DNA of 64,000 nucleotides. It comes from Vicinamibacterales bacterium. Lineage in GTDB: Bacteria; Acidobacteriota; Vicinamibacteria; Vicinamibacterales; UBA8438. The stretch is taken from the NCBI GenBank assembly GCA_965207595.1, contig CBDBMW010000012.1, forward strand, positions 1,039,466-1,103,465, written 5' to 3'. The position numbers and the translations under genes are program-made. The notes beneath the pieces were generated by a model. The model had not been told where the DNA came from and did not search any database. It saw nothing but the letters and a program-made list of their open reading frames with translations. Below, in pieces: positions 53,351 through 64,000 of the stretch. Positions within the stretch are counted from its first letter, which is position 1. Each line of letters begins with the position of its first letter.

Positions 53351-54481
53351 TCACGGCAGGTCCGCCGTCGTGCAGACCGTGAACACCCTGCCGCCTCGGC
53401 GGACGCGGTAGGGGGCGCCCGCGACGGGCGTGGCGAGGAAGTTCTCGCCCTCCGGATACCGGCTCCGGAACGCCTCGACGGGGACCGGGTCCAGCGCGTC
53501 GGGGTTGACCTTGCACTCGACCAGGTCCAGCCGGTCGCGCTCGCGGCGGATGACGAAGTCGACCTCGCGCTGCGCCTTGTCCCGCCAGTAGAAGATGCGC
53601 TCGTCGGGGTGACGGGCCCTGAGCGCGTCCAGGACGAGGTGCTCCCACAGCAGGCCGCGGTCGTCGTCGCGGATGGTGTCCCAGCCCTTCTCGAAGGTGA
53701 CGAAGCCGGTGTCGAACGCGTAGCACTTGGGACGGCTGACGATCTCGCGCGTGCCGCCGCCGTGGAACGGCGGGAGGTGATGCACGGCGCGCGCGACCTC
53801 CAGTGCCTCGAGGTAGGACTTGACGGTCGGGCGGCTCAACTCGCTCAGGCGCGCCAGGCGGGTGTAGTCCACCTGGCCGCCGCTCCAGCGCAGCAGGAGC
53901 CGGAAGAGCGACAGGAAGCCCTGCCGGTTGCGGATGCCGAACAGCTCCAGGATGTCCCGCGCGTAGAAGCTGTCGATCCACTCGCTGAAGAACGCGGGGT
54001 CCTTCCGCGCCGCGAGCAGTGGCTCCGGCAGGCCGCCGTGGAGGAGGCGGCGGTCGAAGTCGGGCACGCCGAACGGATCGGCGCACTCCTCCCACAGCAC
54101 CGGGAAGAGCTGGAGCGCCGCCTTGCGGCCGGTGAGCGTGTCGCGGAACCTGCCGGCCGCGGCGAGAGTCGACGAGCCCGTGGCGAGCACGCGGAGCCGC
54201 GGGAAGACGTCGGCGGCGATCTTCAGCAGGCGACTGGGATCCCGCAGTCGCTGCACCTCGTCGAGCACGAGGGTCGAGCCCGGTGCCTGCCCGGCGAGGA
54301 ACAGCTCCGGCTCGTCCGCCGCCCGGGCCGCGGAGGGCAGGTCGCAGTTCACGTACACCGCGTCCGGCAGCATGCGGGCGAGCGTGGTCTTGCCGACACG
54401 GCGGACGCCCGAGAGCCAGACGACGGATCGGCGGGACCATGCCTGCTCCACGCGGCTCAACCAGATGGGGCGCTGAATCAC
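53351..54481 (-). CDS. AAA_14-type ATPase with DUF4143 C-terminal domain
   Basis: SGVRRVGKTT, LVLDEVQ, ATGSS, HGGLPE, KCYAFDTG, YWRDKAQREVDFVI, VECK. Confidence 0.9.
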   Translation of the reverse strand: MIQRPIWLSRVEQAWSRRSVVWLSGVRRVGKTTLARMLPDAVYVNCDLPSAARAADEPELFLAGQAPGSTLVLDEVQRLRDPSRLLKIAADVFPRLRVLATGSSTLAAAGRFRDTLTGRKAALQLFPVLWEECADPFGVPDFDRRLLHGGLPEPLLAARKDPAFFSEWIDSFYARDILELFGIRNRQGFLSLFRLLLRWSGGQVDYTRLARLSELSRPTVKSYLEALEVARAVHHLPPFHGGGTREIVSRPKCYAFDTGFVTFEKGWDTIRDDDRGLLWEHLVLDALRARHPDERIFYWRDKAQREVDFVIRRERDRLDLVECKVNPDALDPVPVEAFRSRYPEGENFLATPVAGAPYRVRRGGRVFTVCTTADLP

Positions 54482-54718
54482 AACGCAATTTTACATTTGG
54501 TCGGACTGATTGGCAGATTCGCTTTCGGATACCTCCCCCGCACCGCTCAGGATGCTTCGTCAGCCTGTCCGGTTGCGCGGCTGGGCGTTTCCCAGCACAA
54601 TACGTCTCCCCCTGCGGCCTGACGAGGCCTGCCGGTCCCGGTTCGGGCGCCCCGGGGCGCCCGGACGCCTGCGAGTCCAGGGAAACAGCAGCGTCGCGAC
54701 GGAGAACGGGTTTCGGGC

Positions 54719-57433
54719 ATGGATTCGCGGTCGACAGCACCGGCGCTGGTCGTCTCCGGCAAGTTCCTCACGGTCGGCGGCCGGCACTTCCTGATCAAGG
54801 GCGTCTCGTACGGGACGTTCGCCCCGGACGAGAGCGGCGGCCAGTTTCCCGCGGCCGCCGTCGTCGCCCGTGACTTCGCGCGGATGCGCGAGGCCGGCAT
54901 CAACACCGTCCGGACCTACACGGCGCCGCCGGAGGCGGTGCTCGACGAGGCGGCGCGGCACGACCTGCACGTGATCGCCGGGGCGCCGTGGCCGCAGCAC
55001 GTCGCGTTCCTCGACGACCGGCGCCTGACGGCCGAGATTCGCAGCGGGGTGGCCGAGGAGGTGCGCCGGGTGGCGGCCCACCCCGCGGTGCTCCTGTGCG
55101 CGGTCGGCAACGAGATTCCGGCCGGCGTGGTGCGGTGGCACGGCCTCCGGCGCATCGAGGCCTTCCTGCGCGAGCTCCACGACGACGCGAAGGCCGCGGC
55201 CCCGGACGCGCTGGTCACCTACGTCAACTACCCGCCGACCCACTTCCTGGACCTGCCCTGGTTCGACGTCTGCGCCTTCAACGTCTACCTGCACGAGGAA
55301 GCGGAGCTCCGGGCCTACGTCGCCCAGCTCCAGCACCTGGCGGGGTGCCGGCCGCTGCTGCTCACGGAGGCGGGAGCGGACGCCATCCGGGAGGGCGCAG
55401 AGGGGCAGGCGGCCCTGACCGCCATGCAGATTCGCGCCGCGTTCGCGGGCGGCGCGTGCGGGGCGGTGGCCTTCACCTGGACGGACGAGTGGTGGCGCGG
55501 CGGCCGCCCGGTGGACGACTGGGCGTTCGGGCTCGTCGACGCCGACCGCCGGCCGAAGCCGGCCCTGGAAGCCACCGCCCGGGCCTTCGCCGCCGCGCCG
55601 TTTCCGGCCGCGGACCGGGAGCGGTGGCCGCTGGTCTCCGTGCTCGTCTGCGCCTACAACGCGGCCGAGACCCTGGCGGACTGTCTCGATTCGCTCGAGG
55701 TGCTCGACTACCCGAACTACGAGGTCATCGTCGTCAACGACGGGTCGACCGACGACACGCCGGCCATCGCCCGCCGGCACCGGCGGGTGCGGGTGATCGA
55801 CACGCCGCCCGGCGGCCTCTCCGTCGCCCGCAACGTGGCCCTGGCCCACGCGGCGGGCGAGATCGTCGCCTACACCGACGCCGACGTGCGGGCCCACCCG
55901 CAGTGGCTCACCTACCTGGTGCAGCCGTTCCTGGAGCGCGACGTCGCCGGGGCCGGCGGCCCCAACGTCGTGCCGCCCGACGATCCGTGGCTCGCGCAGT
56001 GCGTGGCCCGCGCCCCCGGCGCCCCGACGCACGTCATGCTCGACGACGTCATCGCCGAGCACGTGCCGGGCTGCAACATGGCCTTCCGGCGGCAGGCGCT
56101 GCTCGAGGTCGGGGGCTTCAACCCGATCTTCGGGTGCGCGGCCGACGACGTCGACGTCTGCTGGCGTTTCCAGGCGGTCGGCGCCGAGATCGGGTTCGCG
56201 CCGGCGGCGCTCGTCTGGCACCACCATCGGTCGTCGGTGCGGGCCTACTGGAAGCAGCAGTTCAACTACGGGAAGAGCGAGGCGTGGCTGACCCGGCGCC
56301 ACCCCGAGAAGTTCGCCGACGGCCGGGCGCGCTGGAGCGGCCGGATCTACAGCCCGCTGCCGTGGGTGCTGCCGATCGGCGAACGCCGCATCAACGCCGG
56401 CGTCTGGGGCATGGCCCCGTTCCCTTCCGTCTACCACGCGGGCGGGGCGGGGCTCGCGTTCCTGCCGCACCAGGCGCGGTGGCAGGTGCTGGCGGCCCTG
56501 CTGGTGGCAGTGGGATGCGCCGGCGTCGCGGCCGGGTTCCCCCGGCAGGGGACCGTCGTCGCCTTGCTGGGGACGGCGGCGATGCTCACCACGGTGACGC
56601 GCTGCGTTCAGCGTGCGCGCCGCGTCGACATCGACGATCTGCCCCGGATCGGGGGCCTGCCGCGGAGCGCGAGCCGCGCCGTCTACCGGGTGACGATTGC
56701 GGCCCTGCACGTGCTGCAGCCTCTCGCACGCGGGTTGGGGCGCCTGCGCGGCTTCCTGTCGCCGCCGGGCGAGCCGCCCCTCCCGGCGCCCGCGCCCGGG
56801 TCCGACCCGGTCCCGGTGGAACGCGACCTAGCCGGGCACGACCCCGCCGTCCGCGATCTCCGGGTCCGCGACCTCGGGCGCGCGCTGCGGCTCGTGCGGC
56901 GCCGATCGGTCGAGGACCGCTTCTGGAGCGAGCGCTGGACCGCGCGGCCGGACCTCCTCGGACGCATCGTGCGCGGCCTCCGGGGCGCGCCGGTGGGATT
57001 CGGCGTGGAGACCGACGACGGCTGGCAGGGCTACGACTTCCGGATCCACGCGGCGCGGTGGGGCCGCCTCGACCTGCTGACCGTCATCGAGGAGCACGCG
57101 GAGGGGCGCTCCCTGCTCCGGACCCGGATGCGCCTCCGCGTCAGCCCGTTCGCCCTGACCCTCGTGGCGGGGCTGGCCGCGGCGAGCGGCGTGACCGCCG
57201 CGCTCGGCCTGGGCACCGCAGCCGTGGTGTCCGGCGCCCTGGCGGCGGGAATGGCCGGCGCCGCTCTCCGGCGTCTCGCCCGCGTCGTGCCGGTGATTCG
57301 GCTGGCCGTCGCGCGCGCGTCCCGCGGCTGCGGGTTCGAGCCGCTCGACGCACCGGAGCTCGCCGAGAGCGGGACCGCCGATCCGACCCTCGAACCCGAC
57401 GGCGAGCTCGAAGAGGTAGGATGGGAACGATGA
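54719..57433 (+). CDS. Clan GH-A (GH2-like) TIM barrel fused to a GT2 glycosyltransferase and TM segments
   Basis: IKGVSYG, AVGNEIP, LLLTEAGAD; then VSVLVCAYN, VVNDGSTD, YTDAD, GCNMAFRR, DDVDVCWR, QQFNYG. Confidence 0.88.
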   Translation: MDSRSTAPALVVSGKFLTVGGRHFLIKGVSYGTFAPDESGGQFPAAAVVARDFARMREAGINTVRTYTAPPEAVLDEAARHDLHVIAGAPWPQHVAFLDDRRLTAEIRSGVAEEVRRVAAHPAVLLCAVGNEIPAGVVRWHGLRRIEAFLRELHDDAKAAAPDALVTYVNYPPTHFLDLPWFDVCAFNVYLHEEAELRAYVAQLQHLAGCRPLLLTEAGADAIREGAEGQAALTAMQIRAAFAGGACGAVAFTWTDEWWRGGRPVDDWAFGLVDADRRPKPALEATARAFAAAPFPAADRERWPLVSVLVCAYNAAETLADCLDSLEVLDYPNYEVIVVNDGSTDDTPAIARRHRRVRVIDTPPGGLSVARNVALAHAAGEIVAYTDADVRAHPQWLTYLVQPFLERDVAGAGGPNVVPPDDPWLAQCVARAPGAPTHVMLDDVIAEHVPGCNMAFRRQALLEVGGFNPIFGCAADDVDVCWRFQAVGAEIGFAPAALVWHHHRSSVRAYWKQQFNYGKSEAWLTRRHPEKFADGRARWSGRIYSPLPWVLPIGERRINAGVWGMAPFPSVYHAGGAGLAFLPHQARWQVLAALLVAVGCAGVAAGFPRQGTVVALLGTAAMLTTVTRCVQRARRVDIDDLPRIGGLPRSASRAVYRVTIAALHVLQPLARGLGRLRGFLSPPGEPPLPAPAPGSDPVPVERDLAGHDPAVRDLRVRDLGRALRLVRRRSVEDRFWSERWTARPDLLGRIVRGLRGAPVGFGVETDDGWQGYDFRIHAARWGRLDLLTVIEEHAEGRSLLRTRMRLRVSPFALTLVAGLAAASGVTAALGLGTAAVVSGALAAGMAGAALRRLARVVPVIRLAVARASRGCGFEPLDAPELAESGTADPTLEPDGELEEVGWER

Positions 57434-57609
57434 GTGGCGAAGTGATCGCGACGGTGCTGACCGGCGTGGCCGTGCTGGTCGGTATCTGGCGTCTGGTCGA
57501 CGTCAAGATCGAAGCGTTGCGCCGCGACCTGACGGCGCAGATCGCGGCGGTGAACACACGCATCGACAACATCCTGCTCGCGGACCGCGGCGGTCGGAAA
57601 TCCTCCTGA
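57430..57609 (+). CDS. Small membrane-anchored coiled-coil protein, 59 aa
   Basis: N-terminal TM helix then heptad-like IEALRRDLTAQIAAVNTRID; ATGA coupling to the GT gene. Confidence 0.7.
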   Translation: MSGEVIATVLTGVAVLVGIWRLVDVKIEALRRDLTAQIAAVNTRIDNILLADRGGRKSS

Positions 57610-57636
57610 TCGCCACCCGGTGTCGTCGAATCGGCC

Positions 57637-58947
57637 TCAGATGGCGTCTTCCGGCGCGTCCCGCAGGAAGTGCTCGCGCGGGTGGTGGATGCGGTCGTAG
57701 CTGTCGGCGGCCACCACGTAGTACCAGTTCGCGAAGCGCGCCGCGAGCCGCTCCGCCTTCTCGCGCCCCTCGTCGACCCGCCGCTGCCAGGACTCGTGGG
57801 CGTCGGTGTCGGACTCGTCCGGCTCCGGGAGGGCCGTCTCGTCGAACTCGGCCGTGATGAAGACGTAGCGGTTCTCGCCGGGGCCGCTCTCGGCGTCGTC
57901 GCTCGTGTCGTCGCCGACGGCGATGGCCTCGCCGCGGCCGTACACGATCTCGCCGAAGCGGAGCGTGTAGAGCACGCCTTCCGTGGTCCGGACCAGCAGC
58001 TCGCCCTCGTTCGAGAGCAGGCCGCCCTCCTGCGTCGGGTAGAAGCCCTTGTTGATCAGGTCGCGGACGTCGCGCTGGCTGATGCGTCCGGCCATGGCCG
58101 CGTCGCGGAGGTTGCCGCTGACGCCGGCCGGCTTCGGGCGCACACCCGCGATCTCCATGCCGATGATCGCGCCGACGAGGCGGTTCACCTCGACGAAGTT
58201 GACCTCCTGCCCCTCCGGCACGTCGCTGCCGCTCCAGACGTTGTCCTCGACCTTGTCGAGCGTGAACTCGCGGGGCAGGGTGGCGCGCCGGGTCTGCTCG
58301 TCCACCTCGTACTCGTTGAGCACGATGTGGACCACCTGGTCGCGCTCGACCTCCAGCAGGTTCTGCTCGATCCAGTCCTCGAACGCGGTGCTGATGTCGG
58401 CCTCGAAGCGCGCCGCGTAGACCCGCTTCTGTTCCGGAACGCGCACGAAGCGCAGCCCCTGGCGACCCTCGACGGCGTTGCCGACGATGAGGTCGGCCAA
58501 CCCCTCGCTGTTGGCGTCCCGGACGGTGACCCGCGTGCCGCGCCCCACCAGGCCCGGCGTCGTCAGATCCGTGGGGTCGATGACGCCGAGGGCCTCGTGA
58601 TCCGCCACGTTGTCGGACCGGAAGTCCTCCTTGACGACGCTGATGATGTCGGCCGCGATGTTCGCCAGGCGCTCGCGGCCGTCCGCGGGATAGTCGTTGT
58701 GGGAGGGTATGGTCCACAGCCCGTCCTGGTTCGTCACCTGGAACGGGATGGCGGCCGCGGTGTCCTCGTCGAACTCCACGACCTCGAGCGTGGCCGCGGC
58801 CTCCGGATCGGTGAACTCCGGGAAGAAGGGCTCGCCGATGTCGAAGAAGGCGTCGGGCACGGCCCGACCGGGTGCGCTCACAAGGGCCACGACGGCCAGC
58901 ACGACCGCCGCGCCCCCCAGGGCCAGCGTGGTTCTGAGCTCGTTCAT
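57637..58947 (-). CDS. DUF4340-like membrane-anchored protein (partner of Gld-type ABC systems)
   Basis: N-terminal TM; VTNQDGLWTIPSHNDYPAD, LIVGNAV, FVRVPEQKRVY. Confidence 0.78.
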   Translation of the reverse strand: MNELRTTLALGGAAVVLAVVALVSAPGRAVPDAFFDIGEPFFPEFTDPEAAATLEVVEFDEDTAAAIPFQVTNQDGLWTIPSHNDYPADGRERLANIAADIISVVKEDFRSDNVADHEALGVIDPTDLTTPGLVGRGTRVTVRDANSEGLADLIVGNAVEGRQGLRFVRVPEQKRVYAARFEADISTAFEDWIEQNLLEVERDQVVHIVLNEYEVDEQTRRATLPREFTLDKVEDNVWSGSDVPEGQEVNFVEVNRLVGAIIGMEIAGVRPKPAGVSGNLRDAAMAGRISQRDVRDLINKGFYPTQEGGLLSNEGELLVRTTEGVLYTLRFGEIVYGRGEAIAVGDDTSDDAESGPGENRYVFITAEFDETALPEPDESDTDAHESWQRRVDEGREKAERLAARFANWYYVVAADSYDRIHHPREHFLRDAPEDAI

Positions 58948-58949
58948 CG

Positions 58950-62456
<3,507 letters not shown>

Positions 62457-62540
62457 CGGCCTTCTTCTCTGGTCCTGATCGTCTCCGGGTTGGGCCGGCG
62501 AACAGCAACGCCACCGGCCGTGATCCTCGATCGAGCAGCG

Positions 62541-63554
62541 TCAGCCGGCTCCCGGAGGCGCAGCCTCCGGACCGCCGGAACGGGCCGCCTCTTCGCCGGC
62601 GCCGGGAGCAGCCGTCTCCGCGGCCTTGGGAGCGGTGGCTTCCGTCCCTCCGCCGGCAGGAGCGGCGGCAGGACCCGCTGCGGCAGGACCCGCTGCGGCA
62701 GGACCCGCTGCGGCAGGACCCGCTGCGGCAGGACCCGCTGCGGGCGCCGGATCGGAAGGGCCGGCCTGCGCCCCGTCGTCGGGAGGCGCGGCGGGCCCGT
62801 CGCCCGCCGCCAGCGGCAGCTCTTCCGCGCCGGCGGTCAGCCGGTAGAAGGGCCGCTCGAGCGAGCCGTCCTCCTTGAGGTCGTCGATGGTGCCGTCGAA
62901 GACGAGCCGGCCGCTGTTGACCAGCAGCACGCGGTCGGCGACCGCCTCGGCCTCGTGCAGGATGTGCGTCGAGATGAGGAGCGTCTTCGTGCGGCCGAGG
63001 CGCTGGATGTTCTCCCGGAACTGCCGGATCTGATTCGGGTCGAGGCCCGCCGTCGGCTCGTCCATGATCAGCACCGCCGGGTCGTGCAGCAGCGCCTGCG
63101 CGAGCCCGACGCGCTGCCGGTATCCCTTCGAGAGCTTGCCGGTCGGCTTCTCGAGGACCAGCGCGAGCCCGCAGAGCTCGATGACCTCGTCGATGCGCTG
63201 CCGCAGGTGCGGCCGCGGCATCTGGCGCGCCTCCCCCATGAAGCTCAGCAGATCGAGCGGCGTCATGTCGGGGTACAGAGGCCCGTTCTCCGGGAGGTAG
63301 CCGAGGTGGCGGGCCGCGTCGATGCGCCCCCGGCGCACGTCGAAGCCGGCGATGGCCGCGGAGCCCGCGCTCGGGGCCAGGTAGCCGGTCATCATGCGCA
63401 TCATCGTCGTCTTCCCGGCACCGTTGGGTCCGAGGAAGGCGACGATCTGCCCCTGCGGCACGGAGAACGAGATGTCCTGAACGGCGACGAACGGCCCGAA
63501 GTACTTCGTCAGGCCGACGGCCTCGATCATCGATGGCGCGGTTGCCGGATCCAT
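62541..63554 (-). CDS. ABC ATP-binding protein (GldA-like)
   Basis: GPNGAGKTT, LSKGYRQRVGLAQAL, IMDEPTAGLD, ISTH; low-complexity tail. Confidence 0.92.
   Translation of the reverse strand: MDPATAPSMIEAVGLTKYFGPFVAVQDISFSVPQGQIVAFLGPNGAGKTTMMRMMTGYLAPSAGSAAIAGFDVRRGRIDAARHLGYLPENGPLYPDMTPLDLLSFMGEARQMPRPHLRQRIDEVIELCGLALVLEKPTGKLSKGYRQRVGLAQALLHDPAVLIMDEPTAGLDPNQIRQFRENIQRLGRTKTLLISTHILHEAEAVADRVLLVNSGRLVFDGTIDDLKEDGSLERPFYRLTAGAEELPLAAGDGPAAPPDDGAQAGPSDPAPAAGPAAAGPAAAGPAAAGPAAAGPAAAPAGGGTEATAPKAAETAAPGAGEEAARSGGPEAAPPGAG
62665..62743 (-). repeat. Perfect 15-bp coding tandem repeat x5 (GPAAA)
   Basis: GCGGCAGGACCCGCT repeated five times on the plus strand. Confidence 0.93.
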
Positions 63555-63800
63555 ACCCCCCTCATCAGACGCTCCGGACGACCCCCCGGCCGGTACGTCG
63601 ACCGGCTTCCCGGGAAAGCCGCAGTGCCACGAACGCTGGGCGATGGTCGCCGAACGCCGTGCGACGCAGAGAATAGCCAAGACGGCCGCGAGCCTTCAAG
63701 ATCTCACGGGGCCGACCCGCCGCGGCACCGCCCCCGCAGCGCAACGAAAATTCTTGTTTGCACACATTTAACACCGCGTTAACTTTCGACTGCGGGAGCG

Positions 63801-63983
63801 ATGGCCGCTCCGGCGCTCCCGCGGGGCACGCGGATCGAGCTCCACGGCGAAGCCTCGGATCGCCAACATGTCGTCGAGTGGATCGGTCTGCCGGTCGGAA
63901 GGTACGAGGTGCTCGGGACGCTCGTCGACGTGGCCGGCCACGAGCAGGTCGTGGTCCGCGGCTACCTGCGCGTCATCGAGTAG
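63801..63983 (+). CDS. Small hypothetical protein or fragment, 60 aa
   Basis: GGGAG RBS, AT-rich upstream segment with TTAAC-N5-GTTAA; no family recognised. Confidence 0.4.
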   Translation: MAAPALPRGTRIELHGEASDRQHVVEWIGLPVGRYEVLGTLVDVAGHEQVVVRGYLRVIE

Positions 63984-64000
63984 CGGCGCCCGCTCGCCGG

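Noticed and set aside
62665-62743. Tandem repeats as a possible CRISPR array (also 45625-45697 and 13382-13450)
   Set aside because: No spacers, unit lengths are multiples of three inside coding frames, and no cas genes are present

Overview
A very GC-rich bacterial accessory region. The lineage is most likely Acidobacteriota; this is inferred from six ADOP-type duplicated orphan permeases and three Acidobacteria-type PadR genes. Metabolic and envelope genes: four PQQ-dependent dehydrogenase paralogs, pdxJ, an aldo/keto reductase, a LytS/LytTR two-component pair, a DUF1592/DUF1552 pair, a GH-A/GT2 fusion and a GldA/F/G-like ABC exporter with a DUF4340 partner. Conflict genes: several toxin-antitoxin pairs (PIN, HipBA, MNT-HEPN) and candidate defence genes (PLD nuclease, ABC-ATPase/TOPRIM fusion, tandem stand-alone TIR proteins, ATPase-nuclease). 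One IS1182-family element interrupts an ABC permease. No rRNA, tRNA or CRISPR array was seen. The most striking observations are: (1) two related short insertions (105 bp and 84 bp) that carry the IS1182 terminal repeats plus a shared arm and sit in frame inside protein-coding genes; (2) repeated internal deletions that remove a regulator or a toxin active site but leave its operator or partner gene; (3) paired PadR and ArsR operators readable from the DNA; (4) the TIR pair, the PARIS-like fusion and the orphan PLD nuclease. Family names come from motif recognition only. No database search was run.
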